DNA of 63,522 nt, the filler included, from Octopus bimaculoides (lineage: Eukaryota): NCBI RefSeq assembly GCF_001194135.2. It is 9 parts of 8 records of this genome, joined end to end, with 100 filler letters (N's around TTAATTAATTAA, not from the genome) between each part and the next. Parts side by side here need not be neighbours in the genome. Positions count along the whole stretch, not along the records: positions 10,015 to 31,047 come from NC_068983.1; 8 more parts are not named here. One strand, 5' to 3'. The notes beneath the pieces are model-generated. The model ran no database searches, was not told where the DNA came from, and worked only from the letters and a program-made list of their open reading frames with translations. Shown piece after piece: positions 10,740-22,414 of this stretch. A program made the translations under genes and the position numbers. Numbering within the stretch: the first letter of the stretch is position 1; every line of letters starts with the position of its first letter.

Positions 10740-10912
10740 TCATCATCATCATCATCATCATCATCGTTTAACGTCCGCTTTCCATGCTAGCACGGGTTGG
10801 ACGATTTGACTGAGGACTGGTGAAACCGGATGGCAACACCAGGCTCCAATCTAATTTGGCAGAGTTTCTACAGCTGGATGCCCTTCCTAACGCCAACCAC
10901 TCAGAGAGTGTA
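10740..10912 (-). mobile_element. Short RTE-tail-type repeat (family D) ending in (GAT)n
   Basis: ccatgctagca.gggttggacg core with (CAT)n on the plus strand. Homologous copies lie at 14603-14810 and 14968-15037. Confidence 0.7.
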
Positions 10913-11388
10913 NNNNNNNNNNNNNNNNNNNNNNNNNNNNNNNNNNNNNNNNNNNNNNNNNNNNNNNNNNNNNNNNNNNNNNNNNNNNNNNNNNNNNNNN
11001 NNNNNNNNNNNNNNNNNNNNNNNNNNNNNNNNNNNNNNNNNNNNNNNNNNNNNNNNNNNNNNNNNNNNNNNNNNNNNNNNNNNNNNNNNNNNNNNNNNNN
11101 NNNNNNNNNNNNNNNNNNNNNNNNNNNNNNNNNNNNNNNNNNNNNNNNNNNNNNNNNNNNNNNNNNNNNNNNNNNNNNNNNNNNNNNNNNNNNNNNNNNN
11201 NNNNNNNNNNNNNNNNNNNNNNNNNNNNNNNNNNNNNNNNNNNNNNNNNNNNNNNNNNNNNNNNNNNNNNNNNNNNNNNNNNNNNNNNNNNNNNNNNNNN
11301 NNNNNNNNNNNNNNNNNNNNNNNNNNNNNNNNNNNNNNNNNNNNNNNNNNNNNNNNNNNNNNNNNNNNNNNNNNNNNNNNNNNNNNNN

Positions 11389-12146
11389 GGGACCAAAATT
11401 ACATAAAGATATCTTGAAATACTAAAGAGTAAATTTATTCAATAAAATTGCCATTGGCTTCAACCACAGTCTCCAGATGACTTCAGAATCTCCTGCAACT
11501 CTTCTGGACGGTCTCCTTGTTTAAGTTGGTGAATGATGCCATAATCCTTGCCTTCAGTTCATCTTTGATGTTACAAGGAGTTTTGTTGGTCTCTCACTTA
11601 TCTACACTCTGCACATAATAATTAAGGGAGTTGCAGTCTGAGGAGTTAGGTGGCTAGATGTTAGGGGTGATGTGGTCACAGATATTGTCTGACAGCAATG
11701 ACTGAATTCTCCTACTTGTGTGGTATGGTGCAGAATCCTGTTGCCAGACATAGGGTCTTCTAAGTGCCACCCTCTTGACCCAGGGCAACACTAACTCTTC
11801 CAGTGACTTGATATAGGCCTTTGTGTTGAGTCTGAGGCTGCGTGGGAAAATGAATGGAGACATAACATTGTCATAACAAGTGATCACTCTAAACACTATG
11901 GTGTTGACTGGTACATGTCTTCAGATTGCACTGTCCTCAAATCGACACCCAAACACTCTGAAATGTTCATATTGGAACTTCCAGCATGAATACCCAGCAC
12001 TACAACATGTTTCCAAATTTCTGGCAGAGTGAATTGCATCATGGTGCTGTTTTCCTTACTATACTGTATAGTTGAGAAAATAAAAAATAAACAATGTGCA
12101 CGCATGAAATTAAAAATATAAAATGGTGATAGTTTACCTGGATGTA
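11389..12146 (-). mobile_element. Degenerate IS630-Tc1-mariner transposase of DD37D (maT) type
   Basis: YVWQQDSAPYHTS...ITPNI*PPNSSDCNSLNYY. Exactly 37 residues separate the QQD Asp and the third catalytic position, here mutated to Asn. N-terminal HTH-like ISECLGVDLRTVQ. Confidence 0.85.
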
Positions 12147-12169
12147 TGTAGATTTATAAGAGAAAAATC

Positions 12170-12327
12170 AGCATGGCTGTGTGGTAAGAAGCTTGCTTTC
12201 CAATCACATTGTTCTGGGTTCAGTCCCATTACATGGCACATTGTGCAAGAGTCTTCTACTATAGCCTCAGGCTAGCCAAACTTTTGTGAGTGGATTTGGT
12301 AGACAGAAATTGAAAGAAGACAGTTGA

Positions 12328-12372
<45 letters not shown>

Positions 12373-12575
12373 TTTGTGTCTGCTTGACAACTGGTGTTGG
12401 TGTGTTCACATCCCCATAATTTAGTGGTTCAAAAAAAGAGACTGAAAGAATAAGTACAATGCTTAAAAAAAAACTAAGTTCCAGGGTTGATTTAATTCAA
12501 CTAAAAGTTCTTCAAGGCAGTGCTCCAGCATGGCCATATTCTAATGACTGAAACAAGTAAAAAATAAAAGATAAC
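12170..12575 (+). mobile_element. SINE family A, diverged full copy
   Basis: Head, internal (TG)n and body are all recognisable. Confidence 0.8.
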
Positions 12576-12599
12576 ATGTATGTATGTATGTATGTATAG

Positions 12600-12689
12600 G
12601 AATAAATCCTGATGAATTGCTAAAGATCAAAATGACCAGATGGAATGGTCAATTTGATCCTTGGCTTGATCTATCAAGACATGGCCCTT
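12600..12689 (+). CDS. Weak candidate internal exon of the putative SDR-like gene
   Basis: The only open frame, (G)INPDELLKIKMTRWNGQFDPWLDLSRHGP, is phase 1-to-1 and compatible with the 15180 exon. The acceptor lacks a pyrimidine tract, the donor GTTAAG is weak, and the region overlaps a 20-bp hairpin. Confidence 0.25.
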
Positions 12690-13143
12690 GTTAAGCTAAT
12701 TTTGCAGTGAGACTAAGCACATAGATAAATAAACCATTTAAACAACGTTTATGTGATTGCTCAACTATTTAGAAATCAATTCAAATTCTATAATTTTTTA
12801 AACAAAGTAAGGACCATATTGGATAGTGAAGTTTTAGAAACATTGTGTCTAAATGAATGGAAGGCATTTGAAATAGTCACCAACATATTTATTAGCATTA
12901 CATATTGGCAGAATTGGTGGATTGACTATCAAGATGTCTTGCAGTATTATATTTAATCACATCAATCTGCATTCCGAGTCTAAATCTTGCTGACAATGGC
13001 TTTGCTTTTCATCCATCTGGGATCAAAAAAATTAAATTTCAGTAAAGCATTTGTTTGAAATCAATATAATTAGCTAGATATTTCCTCAGTTAAAATCTTT
13101 CTATGGGAAATGTTATTATATTAAGTTTTTTTCTAAAATTATT

Positions 13144-13360
13144 GATTTCAAATTTTGGCACAAAGCCAGCAGGTTTGGATGAGGATCTAAGTGAATTGAA
13201 TTGCTCCCAATGTTCAACTAGCACTTATTTTATTGATCCCAAAAGGACGAAAGCAGAGCCAACCTCTACAGAATTTGAACTCGGAACATGAAGACAGATG
13301 AAATACTGCAAAGTATTTTGCCTGATGTGCTAACGATTCTGCTAGCTCACTGCCTTACTC
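13144..13360 (-). mobile_element. SINE family B with 15-bp target-site duplication
   Basis: ttttctaaaattatt occurs at 13129-13143 and 13361-13375. The body is the reverse complement of the family at 60013-60235. Confidence 0.8.
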
Positions 13361-13394
13361 TTTTCTAAAATTATTACTCTTTCATACTCTTTTT

Positions 13395-13802
13395 ATTCTT
13401 CTTTTACTTGTTTCAGTCTTTTGACTGTGGCCATGCTGGAGCACCGCCTTTAGTCGAGCAAATCAACCCTAGGACTTATTCTTTGGAAGCCTAGTACTTA
13501 TTCTATTGGTCTCTTTTGCCGAACCGCTAAGTTACGGGGACATAAACACACCAGCATCGGTTGTCAAGCGAAGTTGGGGGGACAAACACAGACATACAAA
13601 CACATACACACATACATATATATATATATACATATATATGACAGGCTTCTTTCAGTTTCCGTCTACCAAATCCACTCACAAGGCTTTGGTTGGTCCGAGG
13701 CTAAAGCAGAAAACACTTGCCCAAGATGCCACGCAGTGGGACTGAACCCGGGACTATGTGGTTGGTAAGCAAGCTACTTACCACACAGCCACTCCTACAC
13801 CT
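13395..13802 (-). mobile_element. SINE family A, full copy
   Basis: Reverse complement of 7116-7530. Confidence 0.9.
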
Positions 13803-13826
13803 AATTTTAATATATTATTGTCATTG

Positions 13827-13857
<31 letters not shown>

Positions 13858-14602
13858 TTGGAATAGTAACAAATGAAGCGTTTCTGATTATAGGTCTATG
13901 CTTTCCATCAATGCTGACCTGGGGCTAAACCACCATACTAAAAACATAGGGATATCTATCTGTATATCTCAGTGTATCTATTTACTGTTCTCTAATAGCT
14001 ATTTAAACATCTATGTTTCACACCACCACCTAACAAAAATTATGTTTAATAAAAAGAAATCAATATACAATAATATAAAAAAAATAATAATAATTTTACT
14101 TTTTTGGGGGGGGATTCGATTTATTTATGTATTTTCTTGTTTTCTTTTCTTCAAGGAAATATATCACATATCATATTGTTATATGTCTGCATCTACTCCC
14201 AAAAGAGTTCAATTTGTTTTCAATTAAATATAACCAATCGCTAGAGATGTAGCTATTGGTAAATATCTAATTATATTGTAGGAAAGCATTAGAATTTGAG
14301 AAAAACTAGCGATATTTATTATGCATAAGCATAAAGTTATTCAAATAGCTCAAGCAATAAACTCTTCTTTGCTTTCAAGGTATAAAAGTTTTTCCAGTTT
14401 TTGTATGAGTTATCACATTGCAGCCTTCTGTAGCACTGATAATAAACTGTGGATCTATGACCTCCTAAACCTGCCTCTGGATAAAGATTTTAAATACATA
14501 TAGATGTATGTGTGTGTGTGTATATAAGTATATATGTATATATATAAAAACATACGTGTCTGTGTGTGAATAGATAGATAGACTGAGATAATCGCAGAGG
14601 TC

Positions 14603-14810
14603 GTCATCATCATCATCATCATTGTTCAACATCCGTTTTCCATGCTAGCATGGGTTGGACGGTTTGGCTGGGGTCTGGGAAGCCAGGAGGTTGCACCAGG
14701 CTCCAGTCTTATCTGGCAGTGTTTCTACAGCTAGATGCGCTTCCTAACACCAACCACTCCGTGAGTGTAGTGGGTGCTTTTTACGTGCCACCGGCATGGA
14801 AGCCAGTTAC

Positions 14811-14841
<31 letters not shown>

Positions 14842-15037
14842 NNNNNNNNNNNNNNNNNNNNNNNNNNNNNNNNNNNNNNNNNNNNNNNNNNNNNNNNNNN
14901 NNNNNNNNNNNNNNNNNNNNNNNNNNNNNNNNNNNNNNNNNNNNNNNNNNNNNNNNNNNNNNNNNNNGTCCTCAGTCAAATCGTCCAACCCATGCTAGCA
15001 TGGAAAGCCAACGTTAAATGATGATGATGATGATGAT
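14603..15037. mobile_element. Two family D repeats in head-to-head inverted arrangement
   Basis: The left arm (cat)n...ccatgctagcatgggttggacg and right arm cgtccaacccatgctagcatgg...(gat)n are reverse complements, separated by (AT)n and a gap. Confidence 0.75.
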
Positions 15038-15179
15038 GAATGTGAATAAAGAAGCATTACATTTGACAAAGTAATCTGAATGCTAAAGGGTTAAAAATCT
15101 TTCAGTACATAATTCGAACTTCCAGATTCTTTTCATGCAAGGCTCTATATCATTTTCTTTTTTTCTCTTTGCTTTTCAG

Positions 15180-15294
15180 TCTATAGAATCATGTCACGGA
15201 GACCAGAGTTTGTTGGAATCAACCTGTTGAAAGAAATTCATATAATTGCTTCAAAGCTGCAACATACGGAATATCAAAGCCGAGCATGGAAATG
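15180..15294 (+). CDS. Internal coding exon of a host gene, possibly a short-chain dehydrogenase/reductase (SDR9C/BDH1-like) C-terminal region
   Basis: Strong acceptor ttttctctttgcttttcag| and donor |gtaaat. The single open frame is YRIMSRRPEFVGINLLKEIHIIASKLQHTEYQSRAWK (phase 1 to 2), in non-repetitive sequence. Confidence 0.6.
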
Positions 15295-17034
15295 GTAAAT
15301 ATTATCATAACAGAATACATTGTTTTGTTTTAAGGGTCTCCTTTTGATTTAGCATGCTAACATAGCTGCAATTTTTATTGCTGCTAAACAGTGTGATACA
15401 GAACACTTGTGTTGTGTCCCATGTGATGTGTGTGTGTGTGTGTGTGTGCGTGCGTGTATGTTTCTTTCTTGGATCTTAAAATTTGCATACTGAATATAAA
15501 CAATGTCACTGTTCGTACCATCAGTGTTATTTGTTTGCAACTATCTGTGAAAACATCTTCAACCATTAAGCTGTTTATTGTACAAAGGACAATGGGAAAC
15601 ATTATCTTATTTCGAAACAAGAGAGGGTTGGTGACAGAAAGAGCATGGAAAACTGGATGTTAAAACGATGATGAAGATGATGAAGATGATGAGTAGGTGA
15701 TGTACTGAGTGCAGTACACAAAATATTTGTAATTAATTGAAATTTCTTTCTTAGTTGGAGAAAAAAAAAAAAAAACTTAACAGCAATTGTTAGAAATTGT
15801 CAAACATAAGGGGAGATAATTATGTGACATATGACAGCTATTCTTTGAGCTCTGTGTATCTTTATCATAAGACTCACTTTTGTTATTTGAACATTAGCCA
15901 GAACCCTTAACAGGTACTACTACTCTGAGCCTGAGCACACCTGGGGATTTTGGTGATTAGGTGACCACCGAGTAGCTCCTAAAGTCTTGAGCAGAAGTTT
16001 TACCACTGGATGTAATTCAATGGCTTACCCAAGACCTATAAATTTTTACATTAAAAACAAAAACAAAATGATACCTTTTCACAATATAGTTTGCTTAATT
16101 AAAAAATTAACATAAGCTAAAAGAAATAACTCAATTAGGCCAATATCACAAATTTGGTTAAATAAGTAGACTGTACTATGCTGATAAGTTCTTATAGACT
16201 GAAATGATTTCATAGTTATTCCAGACTTTCTCCTAAGCATGTAAATTAATTTACAAAGAAAAAATGTTTAATGTTTTGAAATTATTTCCCCTTTTCGTTA
16301 ACAAATGGTAGCATTCACTGCTAGGTCTTTGTTTCCTTTCTCCAACTATGCGATAAATTTTATTCAGTTAAGAATTTTTTGCAAACGACATTTTATACAC
16401 CAGCCAGTAACATATTTATTAGCATTACATTTTGGCAGAATTCGTGGTGTGACAGTCAAGTTGTCTTTCAGTATTATATTTAGTTACATCAATTTGCATT
16501 TTGAGGCTAAATCTTGCTGAGGTTGGCTTTGCTTTTCATCCATCTGGGATCAATAAAATAAATTTCAATGAAGCATTTGTTTGAAATTAATATAATTTAC
16601 TAGACGTTCCCTCCACTAAAAGCTTTCCATGGAAAATGTTATTGTATTTAGTCTTTTCTAAAATTATTACTTTTTCATATTTATTCATTTCAATTTTGAT
16701 TATTGTTGTCATCATCATTTCCATCATCATCATCATATCATCATCATCATTTTGGCATCTGCTTTTTTCATGCTTGCGTGGGTCACACAGAACTCGTTGA
16801 GACAGATTTTCTATGGCTGGAAGCTCTTCCTATCACTAATTCTTACATGCATGTTTCCATGCAAGACAATATTTGACCATGATTGGATTGGATATATTTT
16901 CACGGAAAGTTAGAAACAAATAACACCCCTTTTATGATAACGATGCTCATTTACAACTATGATGCAATATCATGAAAAGGAAACATAGTGACAGACATGC
17001 AAAACACCCCTTCCCACACATACAGATACATATA

Positions 17035-17430
17035 GGTGCAGGAGTGGCTGTGTGGTAAGTAGCTTACCAACCACATGGTTCCGGGTTCAGTCCCACTGTG
17101 CAGCACCTTGGGTAAGTGTCTTCTACTATAGCCTCGGGCTGACCAAAGCCTTGTGAGTCGATTTGGTAGACAGAAACTGAAAGAAGCCCGTCGTATATAT
17201 GTATATATATATGTGTGTGTTTGTGTGTCTGTGTTTGTCCCCCCAACATTGCTTGACAACCGATGCTGGTGTGTTTACATCCCCGTAACTTAGCGGTTCG
17301 GCAAAAGAGACTGATAGAATAAGTACTAGGCTTTCAAAGAATAAGTCCTGGGGTTGATTTGCTCGACTAAAGGTGGTGCTCCAGCATGGCCACAGTCAAA
17401 CGACTGAAACAAGTAAAAGATTAAAAGAGA
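17035..17430 (+). mobile_element. SINE family A, full copy
   Basis: High similarity to 7116-7530. Confidence 0.9.
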
Positions 17431-17659
17431 AAGTATATACAAACACATAGTCACATATACATGTATGACAATCTTCGTTTAGTCTTTGTCAACCAAATCT
17501 ACTCATAAAGATTTTGTCAGTCTTGGATTATAATAGAAAACATTTGCCCAAAGTACCACATGGCAGGGCTGAACCTGAATCCATGTAATTGGGAAGCGGA
17601 CCTCTAAACCACATAAGAAATTTAGCTTCCACCATTGTGCACTTAATGTCATTTCTTGA

Positions 17660-17835
17660 AGTGCAAGACAGCAAGCCAGCAGAATTGTTACCACGCCAGA
17701 CAAAATGCTTAAAGGCATTTCTTCTGGCTCTACATTCTGAGTTCACATGCTGCTGGGATAAATGCTTGCCTTTCATCCTTTCGGGATTGGTAAAATATGT
17801 ACCAGTTGTGTACTGAGGTTGATGCAATTGACTAG
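17660..17835 (-). mobile_element. SINE family B, diverged copy
   Basis: Reverse-complement similarity to 60013-60170. Confidence 0.7.
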
Positions 17836-17949
17836 CTCTTTTTCATAAAACTGCTGGCTTTGTACTTGTACCAAAAATTTGAAGCCACTATTTCTTGAGA
17901 TAGCAATTTCTCTACAGATGTCTGTTTTGTTCCTTTGTATTTACTGTAG

Positions 17950-18001
17950 GAGTTTTCAACATTTCTTCATTCCATTTTTACCTGCTAGCATCATTTTGAA
18001 A
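17950..18001 (+). CDS. Internal coding exon, same putative gene
   Basis: Acceptor ttttgttcctttgtatttactgtag| and donor |gtaaat. Phase 2 to 0 joins the previous exon to give W-SFQHFFIPFLPASIILK. Confidence 0.5.
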
Positions 18002-18309
18002 GTAAATTTCCCATTAGTTTACATTGTTTGGTTATAGGAGATTATACTTTAACCACAATAAAACAATAAACTGAGAGGAATTAAAAAAGGGAAAAATAAA
18101 CAAACTGTTTGAAGTTTAATTAACAATAAAAATAGAATAGAACGTTATTTCATTTATTTATGAACTAATTAATGATGAAAAGATATCAGAACCAAACAGT
18201 CTTCTGAATTAAAACAATTCCATTAGCAACACAGTTACTAAAAACCATACAAAGCAGATTGCTAGATATGAAATGATAGAAAGAAAAAACAGTATGCAAA
18301 ATAGATGCA

Positions 18310-18790
18310 GGCATGGCTATGTGGGTAAGAAGCTTGCTTCTCAACTGTGATATCTTGGGTTCAGTCTCATTGTGTGGCACCTTGATCAAGTGTCTTTTAC
18401 TATTGCCCCAGACCAACCAACAAAGCCTTGTGAGTGGATTTGGGAGATTGAAAATGAAAGAAGGCTGTCATCTATCTGTGTATCTGTCTATCTATCTACC
18501 TATCTATCTATCTATCTATCTATCTATTTGTGTATCTTTCTATCTATCTATCTGTCTATCTATCTATTGTGTGTGTGTGTGTGTGTCTTTATGTTTGTCT
18601 TGTCCACTGCTTTACAACTGATGTCAGTTTGTTTATGTCCTCCTAATGTAGCAGTTTGGGAAAAAATACCAATGAAACTTGTACCAGACTTTAAAAATAA
18701 TTCTTGGGGTCGGTTCGTTCCACTAAACCCATCAAAATGCGTTCCAGCAAGGCCACAGTCCATTGATTGAAAGAAGTCAATGATGAAAGC
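18310..18790 (+). mobile_element. SINE family A, old diverged copy with internal (TCTA)n
   Basis: Head and 3' body are recognisable. Confidence 0.75.
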
Positions 18791-18861
18791 AAAAAATAGA
18801 CCTACTTCAAATTTTTTTCACAACCTCAACATTTTAAAAAACATAATAGAAAAGTAGGCTC

Positions 18862-19360
18862 AGACATGGCTGCATGGTTAAGTAACTTGTTCTGCAATCA
18901 CATGGTTTTGGGTTCAGTCCCACTATGCAGCACCTTGGGCAAGTGTTTTCTACTGTAGCCCTGGACTGATAATGTCTTGAAAGTGAATTTGGGAGGCAGA
19001 ATCTGTGTGAAAATCATGCATGCATGCATGTGTGTATATGTGTGGTGTGTGTATGTGTGTGGTGTGTGTATGTGTGTGTATGTGTGTGTATGTTTACGTA
19101 TATATGTATGTATGTACATACGTGTGTGTGTGTGTGCAAACGTGTGTATATATGTATGTATGTTTGTGCTTGTACCCCACTTCCACTATTTACAAATCAG
19201 TGTTGGTTTGTTTATGTTCCCATAATCTAGCGGGTCGACAAATAAGACCAAGAGAATAAGTACCTGACATGAAATAAGTAGTCGGGTAGATTTGATCTAC
19301 TAAAACTTTCCAGGCAGTGCCCCAGCATGGCCACAGTCTAATGACAGAAACAAATAAAAG
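18862..19360 (+). mobile_element. SINE family A, diverged copy
   Basis: Head, internal TG-rich tract and 3' body. Confidence 0.75.
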
Positions 19361-19558
19361 ATTTAAAATAAAATAAAAGATTTAAAATAAAATAAAAGAT
19401 TTAAAATAAAATAAAAGATTTAAAATAAAATAAAAGATTTAAAATAAAATAAAAGATTTAAAATAAAATAAAAGATTTAAAATAAAATAAAAGATTTAAA
19501 ATAAAATAAAAGATTTAAAATAAAATAAAAGATTTAAAATAAAATAAAAGATTTAAAA
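19352..19558. repeat. Perfect 19-bp minisatellite (aaaataaaataaaagattt), about 10.5 units
   Basis: The pattern shifts by one base per 20-nt block, giving period 19. No mismatches were seen. Confidence 0.95.
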
Positions 19559-21417
19559 AGTCCCGGATCAATAAATATACTTTTCGGGGTATGAAATTTG
19601 AATCCAGGTAAAAAAAATTACAGGAAAAAATGTCAGGGAAAAGTCACAGGGGGTTTGTTTGAAGGGTTTTGTCTAGATCCCATAAATTGTGACTTGTTTT
19701 CCTAACCAAAATTGTGACTTTATTACTGTGACTTTTGTTTCCTGTGACTTTATTACTGGTCACCATGAAATTTACCCCAGTTTAATAAACCCTATTTTAC
19801 AGTATTTAGTTGAACTTAATTTTTACGCTTGTGTTTCGGTTGTTTGCCAAGTATGTCAGTATTTAAGCTCGATTCTAGTTGAAACTAGACTTACACTTTC
19901 TCCTCCACATCACCATTTACCATTCACCTTTTCATGTTTGCATGCATGAGATGGAATTTACTGGGGCAGATTTCCTATGGCTTGATCCCTTCCTGTTGCC
20001 AACACTCACCTCTTTCCTAACAAGGTATTATTTCCCCCATATTTAGGTATATTTTTCCACGGAGGACTAGAAACAAACAACCTTATTACTTGATGTCTAG
20101 ATGAGGGTAGTACGCACACACACAAACACACGATGGGCTTCTTTCCATTTCCAGCTACCTAATCCACTCACAAAGCATTGGTCAGCCTGAGGCAACAGTA
20201 GAAGACACTTACTCAAAATACCATACGCTGGGACATAACCTAGAACGACATGGTTGAGAAGATAGCCATGCTGGCACCTAGTACCTATTTATGTATACAT
20301 CTAGTGTATTGTATGTTCCTTCTCGAGCCATGCCTGGCTCATAAGGGCCGGTTTCCTGGTTTCCTTGGCGTATAGGTTCGTCGTAGGTGAGCTGCAAGAT
20401 GCAGGAGGAAAAAGTGAGAAAAAGTTGTGGCGAAAGAGTCAATAGAAGTTCGCCATTACCTTCCTAACACCAGCTTAATAATAACTAAGTTATTTTACAA
20501 AATTCTTTATGTTTAAAGTTAATTGAAAGAAACACAAAGTATCTCAAAATAAATACAGTAACGAAAGGGTTAAACATGTTAGATAAGACACGTTAAATTA
20601 TTTACTTGTCCGTATTTCCATTCGTTGATGATCAATCTATCCATTTACCTCAACATACTTAAATGCACCCTGGAGGTTAGTAACCTTAGATAACGTGTGA
20701 TACTGTCACTTTATCTCTCTCAATAACTGTCGTTTGATACGTGACGGTTGCTCACGTTACTCGGTTGCACTCTACGTATCTTTGTTGCCATGAACATTTC
20801 TTTTAAATACTTGATTTAATGATTCAATTGAGTTGATAGCTATCGTATCATGCTTTTTAAAATTATCTTTACCGATCTCCAGCTTTGTTTGTGTTTTGTA
20901 ACAGCAGTTGGTACCATTCGTAATTCAAATAGATTGTATTAGAATGTAAGAGATGATGAGGTATCACTTAGGAACATGCAATTTCTTCAATTTAACTTAG
21001 CGAGATCGTTTTATTGTTCAGTATTAAATTTATATTCCATATTATACCTCGTACGTTTTTGTTTTTTCTTTTCTGGGGTCATCTTCGTCTTTTACACTTC
21101 CGGGGCCAATAAAATATGTTCCACCAAAGTCGGTTTTACCTTTCAACCGTCAAGTAATTTATGTGGAAATGAAATGATTTACGACTGAAAAAACGTAAAT
21201 TCAAATCTATTGTAAGCATTGTTATTATTGATGTTGATCAACTCCAGGTCACCTCTGTACCTATGGTCAAGTTTATTCTATTCATGACCATCCAGTCTTA
21301 TTAACACAGTTTATCTTGAACTACATTATCCAGCGTGTCCTTTAAATTTTTTATACTTTGTACAAATCATTTTAATAAGTTGGTTATAAACGCCCGTGTT
21401 CGTTTTCAAACTTTTAG

Positions 21418-21450
21418 GTATTCCTACGGAAGCTGTTTATAAATGATTGA
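21418..21450 (+). CDS. Candidate terminal coding exon of the putative SDR-like gene
   Basis: Acceptor cgttttcaaacttttag|, phase 0, VFLRKLFIND*. It would end the protein roughly where SDR9C proteins end after the LP..I motif. Confidence 0.4.
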   Translation, partial: VFLRKLFIND

Positions 21451-22414
21451 CTATGTATTGCATCAAGTCTTTGTTATAGCTACGCTGCAATCCTTTTTTG
21501 ACACATTCTGAGGAATGAAAACATTCCTTTCATAAGTCCAAAATTACTCTGGTGCTGGAAAGCAAAATGGAAATGTGTGTCATATATGATGCATGAATGC
21601 CAGGCAAATACACAGGACAGGCAAAAAGCTACAAGATAGATTGTAATTTGAAAACAATTTGGATATTAAACTTCTTGCAGGTCGAGCGACCACGTAGACG
21701 CTCTTTCATTGGCTCGTGAGCTTGCTGTTTCTTCGGATCTCTGTATAACTAACAGTTGATAGTTGGTATAACTAGCATTATAAACTTTTGCAGAAGTTGT
21801 GTTTCATCATTCTAAGCATAGCTGTGTAGTTAAGAAGTGAATTTGTTTCATAACTATGTGACTGTCATGTTTAATTCCATCGCGCAGTAATTTGGGAAAA
21901 TATCTGTCAATATAACCTCGGGTTAACCAAAGCTCTAAGACCGAAATTTGGGTAGGCAGAAGCTGTATGGAAACTTGCCGGAGTTACCGTGCCAATTCTT
22001 GGGTGGGTGACTTCATCCGTTATATAGTTTAACTCCACTATCTGACCTCTCTGATCAATGATTAAATAAGATTGGATTTTGTTTTCACATGCCATGTTTC
22101 TAGCAGTAACGCCAGTTTATCCAATGCTTACCGTGTCGGAGCTGTGAAGATTGAAAAGGAACAAACAAATTACCACGGTTAATAAAATTAAGTTGGCTTC
22201 CAGCTTTTGTGACTCGTTCAACACCAAAGAAAGAAGTATTATATGAACGAAAACTCTATTTTGTCTTCTCACTAATGAAGAGGAGGTGGGCAAAAAATTT
22301 CTCTTACATGCTTGTAAGGGAGGCTATTGTTTGTCAATTTGAGAATCACTGAGTTAATCCCAAATCCCTCCAGACATTCCTTTAACTGCTATTAGGTCTT
22401 ATGTCATAAGAACA

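Noticed and set aside
12609-12670. CTGATGA followed by a long hairpin (hammerhead-like start)
   Set aside because: No GAAA follows the stem and no stem I/III partner exists, so it is not a hammerhead.
19352-19558. CRISPR-like array
   Set aside because: The units are contiguous with no spacers, there are no cas genes, and the context is eukaryotic.
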